NCBI GenBank assembly: GCA_964016885.1
Contig: OZ024741.1
Span: 249,054,001-249,118,000 of the forward strand
Direction of reading: 5' to 3'
Source of the DNA: Eledone cirrhosa
Lineage: Eukaryota
Length of the DNA: 64,000 nt
How positions within the stretch are numbered: the first letter of the stretch is position 1; every line of letters begins with the position of its first letter. The notes under the pieces were generated by a model, which saw only the letters and a list, made by a program, of their open reading frames with translations, was not told the origin of the DNA and made no database searches. A program made the translations under genes and the position numbers. Positions 38,048 through 50,000 of the stretch are shown here, piece after piece.

Positions 38048-41000
38048 AGATAATTTGTAAAAAAAATCAAGGGGAGATAATTTCCAGCCGTCCAAGGGGA
38101 GGTAATATCTAGCCATCCAAGGGGAGATAATTTCCAGCCGTCCAAGGGGAGATAATTTCCAGCCGTCCAAGGGGAGATAATATCCAGCCGTCCAAGGAGA
38201 CATATTTTCCAGCCGTCCAAGGAGACGTAATTTCTAGCCGTCCAAGGGGAGATAAGTTCTAGCCTCCAAGGGGAGATAATTTCCAGCCAGCCAAGGGAAG
38301 ATAATTTGTAAAAAAATTAGGGGGAGATAATTTGTAAAAAAAAATTAGGGGGAGATAATTTGTAAAAAAAAATCAGGGGGAGATAATTTGTAAAAAAAAA
38401 TCAGGGGGAGATAATTTGTAAAAAAAATCAAGGGGAGATAATTTCCAGCCGTCCAAGGGGAGATAATTTTCAGCCGTCCAAGGAGAGGTAAATTCTAGCC
38501 GTCCAAGGAGATATAATTTCCAGCCGTCCAAGGGGAGATAATTTCCAGCCGTCCAAGGGGAGATAATTTTTAAAAAAAAATCAGGCGGAGATAATTTGTA
38601 AACAAAAATCAGGGGGAGATAATTTAAAAAAAAAAATCAGGGGGAGATAATTTGTAAAAAAAAATCAGGGGGAGATAATTTGTAAAAAAATCAAGGGGAG
38701 ATAATTTCCAGCCGTCCAAGGGGAGGTAATATCTAGCCATCCAAGGGGAGATAATTTCCAGCCGTCCAAGGGTAGATAATTTCCAGCCGTCCAAGGGGAG
38801 ATAATATCCAGCCGTCCAAGGAGACATATTTTCCAGCCGTCCAAGGAGAGGTAATTTCTAGCCGTCCAAGGGGAGATAAGTTCCAGCCTCCAAGGGGAGA
38901 TAATTTCCAGCCAGCCAAGGGGAGATAATTTGTAAAAAAATCAGGGGGGAGATAATTTGTAAAAAAAATCAGGGGGAGATAATTTGAAAAAAAAATCAGG
39001 GGGAGATAATTTGTAAAAAATATGAAGGGGAGATAATTTCCAGCCCTCCAAGGGGCTATAATTTCCAGCCGTGCAAGGGGAGATAATTTCCAGCCGTCCA
39101 AGGCGAGATAATTTCCATCCTTCCAAGGGGAGATAATTTCCAGCCGTCCAAGGGGAGATAATTTCCCGCCAGCCAAGGGAAGATAATTTTTTAAAAAATC
39201 AGGCGGAGATTGTAAAAAAAATCAGGGGGAGATAATTTGTAAAAAAATCAGGGGGAGATAATTTGTAAAAAAAAAATCAGGGGGAGATAATTTGTAAAAA
39301 AAAATCAGGGGGAGATAATTTGTAAAAAAAATCAGGGGGAGATAATTTGTAAAAAAAATCAGGGGTAGATAATTTGTAAAAAAAATCAGGGGGAGATAAT
39401 TTGTAAAAAAAATCAGGGGGAGATAATTTGTAAAAAAAATCAGGGGTAGATAATTTTCAGCCGTCCAAGGGGAGATAATTTCCATCCTTCCAATGGGAGA
39501 TAATTTCCAGCCGTCCAAGGGGAGATAATTTCCCGCCAGCCAAGGAGAGATAACATTTAAAAAAATCAGGCGGAGATAATTTGTAAAAAAATCAGGGGGA
39601 GATAATTTGTAAAAAAAATCAGGGGTAGATAATTTCCAGCCGTCCAAGGGGAGATAATTTCCATCCTTCCAAGGGGAGATAATTTCCAGCCGTCCAAGGG
39701 GAGATAATTTCCCGCCAGCCAAGGAGAGATAATATTTAAAAAAATCAGGCGGAGATAATTTGTAAAAAAAATCAGGGGGAGATAATTTGTAAAAAAATCA
39801 GGGGGAGATAATTTGTAAAAAAAAATCAGGGGGAGATAATTTGTAAAAAAAAATCAGGGGGAGATAATTTGTAAAAAAAATCAGGGGTAGATAATTTGTA
39901 AAAAAAAATCAGGGGGAGATAATTTGTAAAAGAAAAATCAGGGGGAGATAATTTGTAAAAAAATCAAGGGGAGATAATTTCCAGCCGTCCAAGGGGAGAT
40001 AATTTTCAGCCGTCCAAGGAGAGGTAATTTCTAGCCGTCCAAGGGGAGATAATTTCCAGCCGTCCAAGGGGAGATAATTTTTTTAAAAAAATCAGGCGGA
40101 GATAATTTGTAAACAAAAATCAGGGGGAGATAATTTGTAAAAAAAAATCAGGGGGAGATAATTTGTAAAAAAAAATCAGGGGGAGATAATTTGTAAAAAA
40201 AATCAAGGGGAGATAATTTGTCAAAAAAAATCAGGGGTAGATAATTTGTAAAAAAAAATCAGGGGGAGATAATTTGTAAAAAAAAAATCAGGGGGAGATA
40301 ATTTGTAAAAAAATCAAGGGGAGATAATTTCCAGCCGTCCAAGGGGAGATAATTTTCAGCCGTCCAAGGAGAGGTAATTTCTAGCCGTCCAAGGGGAGAT
40401 AATTTCCAGCCAGCCAAGGGGAGATAATTTGTAAAAAAATCAGGGGTAGATAATTTGTAAAAAAAAATCAGGGGGAGATAATTTGTAAAAAAAGTCAGGG
40501 GGAGATAATTTGTAAAAAAAATCAGGGGTAGATAATTTCCAGCCGTCCAAGGGGAGATAATTTCCATCCTTCCAAGGGGAGATAATTTCCAGCCGTCCAA
40601 GTGGAGATAATTTCCCGCCAGCCAAGGAGAGATAACATTTAAAAAAATCAGGCGGAGATAATTTGTAAAAAAAATCAGGGGGAGATAATTTGTAAAAAAA
40701 TCAGGGGGAGATAATTTGTAAAAAAAATCAGGGGTAGATAATTTCCAGCCGTCCAAGGGGAGATAATTTCCATCCTTCCAAGGGGAGATAATTTCCAGCC
40801 GTCCAAGGGGAGATAATTTCCCGCCAGCCAAGGAGACATAATATTTAAAAAAATCAGGCGGAGATAATTTGTAAAAAAAATCAGGGGGAGATAATTTGTA
40901 AAAAAAAAATCAGGGGGAGATAATTTGTAAAAAAATCAGGGGGAGATAATTTGTAAAAAAAAAATCAGGGGGAGATAATTTGTAAAAAAAATCAGGGGGA

Positions 41001-44000
41001 GATAATTTGTAGAAAAAATCAGGGGTAGATAATTTGTAAAAAAAATCAAGGGGAGATAATTTCCAGCCGTCCAAGGGGAGGTAATATCTAGCCATCCAAG
41101 GGGAGATAATTTCCAGCCGTCCAAGGGGAGATAATTTCCAGCCGTCCAAGGGGAGATAATATCCAGCCGTCCAAGGAGACATATTTTCCAGCCGTCCAAG
41201 GAGACGTAATTTCTAGCCGTCCAAGGGGAGATAAGTTCCAGCCTCCAAGGGGAGATAATTTCCAGCCAGCCAAGGGGAGATAATTTGTAAAAAAATTAGG
41301 GGGAGATAATTTGTAAAAAAAAATTAGGGGGAGATAATTTGTAAAAAAAAATCAGGGGGAGATAATTTGTAAAAAAAAATCAGGGGGAGATAATTTGTAA
41401 AAAAAATCAAGGGGAGATAATTTCCAGCCGTCCAAGGGGAGATAATTTTCAGCCGTCCAAGGAGAGGTAAATTCTAGCCGTCCAAGGAGATATAATTTCC
41501 AGCCGTCCAAGGGGAGATAATTTCCAGCCGTCCAAGGGGAGATAATTTTTAAAAAAAAATCAGGCGGAGATAATTTGTAAACAAAAATCAGGGGGAGATA
41601 ATTTAAAAAAAAAAATCAGGGGGAGATAATTTGTAAAAAAAAATCAGGGGGAGATAATTTGTAAAAAAAATCAAGGGGAGATAATTTCCAGCCGTCCAAG
41701 GGGAGGTAATATCTAGCCATCCAAGGGGAGATAATTTCCAGCCGTCCAAGGGTAGATAATTTCCAGCCGTCCAAGGGGAGATAATATCCAGCCGTCCAAG
41801 GAGACATATTTTCCAGCCGTCCAAGGAGAGGTAATTTCTAGCCGTCCAAGGGGAGATAAGTTCCAGCCTCCAAGGGGAGATAATTTCCAGCCAGCCAAGG
41901 GGAGATAATTTGTAAAAAAATCAGGGGGGAGATAATTTGTAAAAAAAATCAGGGGGAGATAATTTGAAAAAAAAATCAGGGGGAGATAATTTGTAAAAAA
42001 TATGAAGGGGAGATAATTTCCAGCCCTCCAAGGGGCTATAATTTCCAGCCGTGCAAGGGGAGATAATTTCCAGCCGTCCAAGGCGAGATAATTTCCATCC
42101 TTCCAAGGGGAGATAATTTCCAGCCGTCCAAGGGGAGATAATTTCCCGCCAGCCAAGGGAAGATAATTTTTTAAAAAATCAGGCGGAGATTGTAAAAAAA
42201 ATCAGGGGGAGATAATTTGTAAAAAAATCAGGGGGAGATAATTTGTAAAAAAAAAATCAGGGGGAGATAATTTGTAAAAAAAAATCAGGGGGAGATAATT
42301 TGTAAAAAAAATCAGGGGGAGATAATTTGTAAAAAAAATCAGGGGTAGATAATTTGTAAAAAAAATCAGGGGGAGATAATTTGTAAAAAAAATCAGGGGG
42401 AGATAATTTGTAAAAAAAATCAAGGGTAGATAATTTTCAGCCGTCCAAGGGGAGATAATTTCCATCCTTCCAATGGGAGATAATTTCCAGCCGTCCAAGG
42501 GGAGATAATTTCCCGCCAGCCAAGGAGAGATAACATTTAAAAAAATCAGGCGGAGATAATTTGTAAAAAAATCAGGGGGAGATAATTTGTAAAAAAAATC
42601 AGGGGTAGATAATTTCCAGCCGTCCAAGGGGAGATAATTTCCATCCTTCCAAGGGGAGATAATTTCCAGCCGTCCAAGGGGAGATAATTTCCCGCCAGCC
42701 AAGGAGAGATAATATTTAAAAAAATCAGGCGGAGATAATTTGTAAAAAAAATCAGGGGGAGATAATTTGTAAAAAAATCAGGGGGAGATAATTTGTAAAA
42801 AAAAATCAGGGGGAGATAATTTGTAAAAAAAAATCAGGGGGAGATAATTTGTAAAAAAAATCAGGGGTAGATAATTTGTAAAAAAAAATCAGGGGGAGAT
42901 AATTTGTAAAAGAAAAATCAGGGGGAGATAATTTGTAAAAAAATCAAGGGGAGATAATTTCCAGCCGTCCAAGGGGAGATAATTTTCAGCCGTCCAAGGA
43001 GAGGTAATTTCCAGCCGTCCAAGGGGAGATAATTTTTTTAAAAAAATCAGGCGGAGATAATTTGTAAACAAAAATCAGGGGGAGATAATTTGTAAAAAAA
43101 AATCAGGGGGAGATAATTTGTAAAAAAAAATCAGGGGGAGATAATTTGTAAAAAAAATCAAGGGGAGATAATTTGTCAAAAAAAATCAGGGGTAGATAAT
43201 TTGTAAAAAAAAATCAGGGGGAGATAATTTGTAAAAAAAAAATCAGGGGGAGATAATTTGTAAAAAAATCAAGGGGAGATAATTTCCAGCCGTCCAAGGG
43301 GAGATAATTTTCAGCCGTCCAAGGAGAGGTAATTTCTAGCCGTCCAAGGGGAGATAATTTCCAGCCAGCCAAGGGGAGATAATTTGTAAAAAAATCAGGG
43401 GTAGATAATTTGTAAAAAAAAATCAGGGGGAGATAATTTGTAAAAAAAGTCAGGGGGAGATAATTTGTAAAAAAAATCAGGGGTAGATAATTTCCAGCCG
43501 TCCAAGGGGAGATAATTTCCATCCTTCCAAGGGGAGATAATTTCCAGCCGTCCAAGGGGAGATAATTTCCCGCCAGCCAAGGAGAGATAACATTTAAAAA
43601 AATCAGGCGGAGATAATTTGTAAAAAAAATCAGGGGGAGATAATTTGTAAAAAAATCAGGGGGAGATAATTTGTAAAAAAAATCAGGGGTAGATAATTTC
43701 CAGCCGTCCAAGGGGAGATAATTTCCATCCTTCCAAGGGGAGATAATTTCCAGCCGTCCAAGGGGAGATAATTTCCCGCCAGCCAAGGAGACATAATATT
43801 TAAAAAAATCAGGCGGAGATAATTTGTAAAAAAAATCAGGGGGAGATAATTTGTAAAAAAAAAATCAGGGGGAGATAATTTGTAAAAAAATCAGGGGGAG
43901 ATAATTTGTAAAAAAAAAATCAGGGGGAGATAATTTGTAAAAAAAATCAGGGGGAGATAATTTGTAGAAAAAATCAGGGGTAGATAATTTGTAAAAAAAA

Positions 44001-44003
44001 TCA
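38048..44003 (+). repeat. Tandem duplication, period about 2,980 bp (2,955 after loss of one 25 bp monomer near 43010)
   Basis: ORF offsets 38733/41713 and 39222/42202 (2,980), then 40259/43214 and 40910/43865 (2,955). Shared markers CAAGGGTAG, CAAGGCGAG, CAATGGG and GGAGACATAATA. Confidence 0.87.
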
Positions 44004-47000
44004 GGGGGAGATAATTTGTAAAAAAAATCAGGGGGAGATAATTTGTAAAAAAAATCAGGGGTAGATAATTTGTAAAAAAAATCAGGGGTAGATAATTTCC
44101 AGCCGTCCAAGGGGAGATAATTTCCATCCTTCCAAGGGGAGATAATTTCCAGCCGTCCAAGGGGAGATAATTTCCCGCCAGCCAAGGAGAGATAATATTT
44201 AAAAAAATCAGGCGGAGATAATTTGTAAAAAAAATCAGGGGGAGATAATTTGTAAAAAAATCAGGGGGAGATAATTTGTAAAAAAAAATCAGGGGAGATA
44301 ATTTGTAAAAAAAATCAGGGGGAGATAATTTGTAAAAAAAATCAGGGGTAGATAATTTGTAAAAAAAAATCAGGGGGAGATAATTTGTAAAAAAAAAATC
44401 AGGGGGAGATAATTTGTAAAAAAATCAAGGGGAGATAATTTCCAGCCGTCCAAGGGGAGATAATTTTCAGCCGTCCAAGGAGGTAATTTCTAGCCGTCCA
44501 AGGGGAGATAATTTCCAGCCGTCCAAGGGGAGATAATTTTTTTAAAAAAATCAGGCGGAGATAATTTGTAAACAAAAATCAGGGGGAGATAATTTGTAAA
44601 AAAAAATCAGGGGGAGATAATTTGTAAAAAAAATCAGGGGGAGATAATTTGTAAAAAAAATCAAGGGGAGATAATTTGTAAAAAAAAATCAGGGGTAGAT
44701 AATTTGTAAAAAAAAATCAGGGGGAGATAATTTGTAAAAAAAAAATCAGGGGGAGATAATTTGTAAAAAAATCAAGGGGAGATAATTTCCAGCCGTCCAA
44801 GGGGAGATAATTTTCAGCCGTCCAAGGAGAGGTAATTTCTAGCCGTCCAAGGGGAGATAATTTCCAGCCAGCCAAGGGGAGATAATTTGTAAAAAAATCA
44901 GGGGTAGATAATTTGTAAAAAAAAATCAGGGGGAGATAATTTGTAAAAAAAAATCAGGGGGAGATAATTTGTAAAAAAAATCAGGGGGAGATAATTTGTA
45001 AAAAAAAATCAGGGGTAGATAATTTGTAAAAAAAAATCAGGGGGAGATAATTTGTAAAAAAAAATCAGGGGGAGATAATTTGTAAAAAAATCAAGGGGAG
45101 ATAATTTCCAGCCGTCCAAGGGGAGATAATTTTCAGCCGTCCAAGGAGAGGTAATTTCTAGCCGTCCAAGGGGAGATAATTTCCAGCCGTCCAAGGGGAG
45201 ATAATTTTTTAAAAAAAATCAGGCGGAGATAATTTGTAAACAAAAATCAGGGGGAGATAATTTGTAAAAAAAAATCAGGGGGAGATAATTTGTAAAAAAA
45301 AATCAGGGGGAGATAATTTGTAAAAAAAATCAAGGGGAGATAATTTCCAGCCGTCCAAGGGGAGGTAATATCTAGCCATCCAAGGGGAGATAATTTCCAG
45401 CCGTCCAAGGGGAGATAATTTCCAGCCGTCCAAGGGGAGATAATATCCAGCCGTCCAAGGAGACATATTTTCCAGCCGTCCAAGGAGACGTAATTTCTAG
45501 CCGTCCAAGGGGAGATAAGTTCCAGCCTCCAAGGGGAGATAATTTCCAGCCAGCCAAGGGGAGATAATTTGTAAAAAAATCAGGGGGAGATAATTTGTAA
45601 AAAAAAATCAGGGGGAGATAATTTGTAAAAAAATCAGGGGGAGATAATTTGTAAAAAAAAATCAGGGGGAGATAATTTGTAAAAAAAATCAGGGGGAGAT
45701 AATTTGTAAAAAAAATCAGGGGTAGATAATTTGTAAAAAAAATCAGGGGGAGATAATTTGTAAAAAAAATCAGGGGGAGATAATTTGTAAAAAAAATCAG
45801 GGGTAGATAATTTTCAGCCGTCCAAGGGGAGATAATTTCCATCCTTCCAAGGGGAGATAATTTCCAGCCGTCCAAGGGGAGATAATTTCCCGCCAGCCAA
45901 GGAGAGATAACATTTAAAAAAATCAGGCGGAGATAATTTGTAAAAAAAATCAGGGGGAGATAATTTGTAAAAAAATCAGGGGGAGATAATTTGTAAAAAA
46001 AATCAGGGGTAGATAATTTCCAGCCGTCCAAGGGGAGATAATTTCCATCCTTCCAAGGGGAGATAATTTCCAGCCGTCCAAGGGGAGATAATTTCCCGCC
46101 AGCCAAGGAGAGATAATATTTAAAAAAATCAGGCGGAGATAATTTGTAAAAAAAATCAGGGGGAGATAATTTGTAAAAAAATCAGGGGGAGATAATTTGT
46201 AAAAAAAAATCAGGGGGAGATAATTTGTAAAAAAAATCAGGGGGAGATAATTTGTAAAAAAAAATCAGGGGTAGATAATTTGTAAAAAAAAATCAGGGGG
46301 AGATAATTTGTAAAAAAAAAATCAGGGGGAGATAATTTGTAAAAAAATCAAGGGGAGATAATTTCCAGCCGTCCAAGGGGAGATAATTTTCAGCCGTCCA
46401 AGGAGAGGTAATTTCTAGCCGTCCAAGGGGAGATAATTTCCAGCCGTCCAAGGGGAGATAATTTTTTTAAAAAAATCAGGCGGAGATAATTTGTAAACAA
46501 AAATCAGGGGGAGATAATTTGTAAAAAAAAATCAGGGGGAGATAATTTGTAAAAAAAAATCAGGGGGAGATAATTTGTAAAAAAAATCAAGGGGAGATAA
46601 TTTCCAGCCGTCCAAGGGGAGGTAATATCTAGCCATCCAAGGGGAGATAATTTCCAGCCGTCCAAGGGGAGATAATTTCCAGCCGTCCAAGGGGAGATAA
46701 TATCCAGCCGTCCAAGGAGACATATTTTCCAGCCGTCCAAGGAGACGTAATTTCTAGCCGTCCAAGGGGAGATAAGTTCCAGCCTCCAAGGGGAGATAAT
46801 TTCCAGCCAGCCAAGGGGAGATAATTTGTAAAAAAATTAGGGGGAGATAATTTGTAAAAAAAAATTAGGGGGAGATAATTTGTAAAAAAAAATCAGGGGG
46901 AGATAATTTGTAAAAAAAAATCAGGGGGAGATAATTTGTAAAAAAAATCAATGGGAGATAATTTCCAGCCGTCCAAGGGGAGATAATTTTCAGCCGTCCA

Positions 47001-50000
47001 AGGAGAGGTAAATTCTAGCCGTCCAAGGAGATATAATTTCCAGCCGTCCAAGGGGAGATAATTTCCAGCCGTCCAAGGGGAGATAATTTTAAAAAAAAAA
47101 TCAGGCGGAGATAATTTGTAAACAAAAATCAGGGGGAGATAATTTTTAAAAAAAAATCAGGGGGAGATAATTTGTAAAAAAAAATCAGGGGGAGATAATT
47201 TGTAAAAAAAATCAAGGGGAGATAATTTCCAGCCGTCCAAGGGGAGGTAATATCTAGCCATCCAAGGGGAGATAATTTCCAGCCGTCCAAGGGGAGATAA
47301 TTTCCAGCCGTCCAAGGGGAGATAATATCCAGCCGTCCAAGGAGACATATTTTCCAGCCGTCCAAGGAGAGGTAATTTCTAGCCGTCCAAGGGGAGATAA
47401 GTTCCAGCCTCCAAGGGGAGATAATTTCCAGCCAGCCAAGGGGAGATAATTTGTAAAAAAATCAGGGGGGAGATAATTTGTAAAAAAAATCAGGGGGAGA
47501 TAATTTGAAAAAAAAATCAGGGGGAGATAATTTGTAAAAAATATCAAGGGGAGATAATTTCCAGCCCTCCAGGGGGCTATAATTTCCAGCCGTGCAAGGG
47601 GAGATAATTTCCAGCCGTCCAAGGGGAGATAATTTCCATCCTTCCAAGGGGAGATAATTTCCAGCCGTCCAAGGGGAGATAATTTCCCGCCAGCCAAGGG
47701 AAGATAATTTTTTTAAAAATCAGGCGGAGATTGTAAAAAAAATCAGGGGGAGATAATTTGTAAAAAAATCAGGGGGAGATAATTTGTAAAAAAAAAATCA
47801 GGGGGAGATAATTTGTAAAAAAAAATCAGGGGGAGATAATTTGTAAAAAAAATCAGGGGGAGATAATTTGTAAAAAAAATCAGGGGTAGATAATTTGTAA
47901 AAAAAATCAGGGGGAGATAATTTGTAAGAAAAATCAGGGGGAGATAATTTGTAAAAAAAATCAGGGGTAGATAATTTTCAGCCGTCCAAGGGGAGATAAT
48001 TTCCAGCCGTCCAAGGGGAGATAATTTCCCGCCAGCCAAGGAGAGATAACATTTAAAAAAATCAGGCGGAGATAATTTGTAAAAAAATCAGGGGGAGATA
48101 ATTTGTAAAAAAAAATCAGGGGGAGATAATTTGTAAAAAAAATCAGGGGGAGATAATTTGTAAAAAAAAATCAGGGGTAGATAATTTGTAAAAAAAAATC
48201 AGGGGGAGATAATTTGTAAAAAAAAATCAGGGGGAGATAATTTGTAAAAAAATCAAGGGGAGATAATTTCCAGCCGTCCAAGGGGAGATAATTTTCAGCC
48301 GTCCAAGGAGAGGTAATTTCTAGCCGTCCAAGGGGAGATAATTTCCAGCCGTCCAAGGGGAGATAATTTTTTTAAAAAAATCAGGCGGAGATAATTTGTA
48401 AACAAAAATCAGGGGGAGATAATTTGTAAAAAAAAATCAGGGGGAGATAATTTGTAAAAAAAAATCAGGGGGAGATAATTTGTAAAAAAAATCAAGGGGA
48501 GATAATTTCCAGCCGTCCAAGGGGAGGTAATATCTAGCCATCCAAGGGGAGATAATTTCCAGCCGTCCAAGGGGAGATAATTTCCAGCCGTCCAAGGGGA
48601 GATAATATCCAGCCGTCCAAGGAGACATATTTTCCAGCCGTCCAAGGAGACGTAATTTCTAGCCGTCCAAGGGGAGATAAGTTCCAGCCTCCAAGGGGAG
48701 ATAATTTCCAGCCAGCCAAGGGGAGATAATTTGTAAAAAAATTAGGGGGAGATAATTTGTAAAAAAAAATTAGGGGGAGATAATTTGTAAAAAAAAATCA
48801 GGGGGAGATAATTTGTAAAAAAAAATCAGGGGGAGATAATTTGTAAAAAAAATCAAGGGGAGATAATTTCCAGCCGTCCAAGGGGAGATAATTTTCAGCC
48901 GTCCAAGGAGAGGTAAATTCTAGCCGTCCAAGGAGATATAATTTCCAGCCGTCCAAGGGGAGATAATTTCCAGCCGTCCAAGGGGAGATAATATCCAGCC
49001 GTCCAAGGAGACATATTTTCCAGCCGTCCAAGGAGAGGTAATTTCTAGCCGTCCAAGGGGAGATAAGTTCCAGCCTCCAAGGGGAGATAATTTCCAGCCA
49101 GCCAAGGGGAGATAATTTGTAAAAAAATCAGGGGGGAGATAATTTGTAAAAAAAATCAGGGGGAGATAATTTGAAAAAAAATCAGGGGGAGATAATTTGT
49201 AAAAAATATCAAGGGGAGATAATTTCCAGCCCTCCAGGGGGCTATAATTTCCAGCCGTGCAAGGGGAGATAATTTCCAGCCGTCCAAGGGGAGATAATTT
49301 CCATCCTTCCAAGGGGAGATAATTTCCAGCCGTCCAAGGGGAGATAATTTCCCGCCAGCCAAGGGAAGATAATTTTTTAAAAAATCAGGCGGAGATTGTA
49401 AAAAAAATCAGGGGGAGATAATTTGTAAAAAAATCAGGGGGAGATAATTTGTAAAAAAAAAATCAGGGGGAGATAATTTGTAAAAAAAAATCAGGGGGAG
49501 ATAATTTGTAAAAAAAATCAGGGGGAGATAATTTGTAAAAAAAATCAGGGGTAGATAATTTGTAAAAAAAATCAGGGGGAGATAATTTCCAGCCGTCCAA
49601 GGGGAGATAATTTCCCGCCAGCCAAGGAGAGATAACATTTAAAAAAATCAGGCGGAGATAATTTGTAAAAAAATCAGGGGGAGATAATTTGTAAAAAAAA
49701 ATCAGGGGGAGATAATTTGTAAAAAAAATCAGGGGGAGATAATTTGTAAAAAAAAATCAGGGGTAGATAATTTGTAAAAAAAAATCAGGGGGAGATAATT
49801 TGTAAAAAAAAATCAGGGGGAGATAATTTGTAAAAAAATCAAGGGGAGATAATTTCCAGCCGTCCAAGGGGAGATAATTTTCAGCCGTCCAAGGAGAGGT
49901 AATTTCTAGCCGTCCAAGGGGAGATAATTTCCAGCCGTCCAAGGGGAGATAATTTTTAAAAAAAAATCAGGCGGAGATAATTTGTAAACAAAAATCAGGG

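Larger units (their letters stand above)
10801..39617 (+). repeat. Near-perfect tandem duplication, period 14,347 bp (about 10801-25147 and 25148-39494; junction within 25148-25270)
   Basis: Constant ORF-track offset of 14,347 (10981/25328, 11635/25982, 19526/33873, 24875/39222). Rare markers such as CAAGTGG, AAAACAATC, GGGGCAGA and GTAAACAAATC recur at the same offset. Confidence 0.93.
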
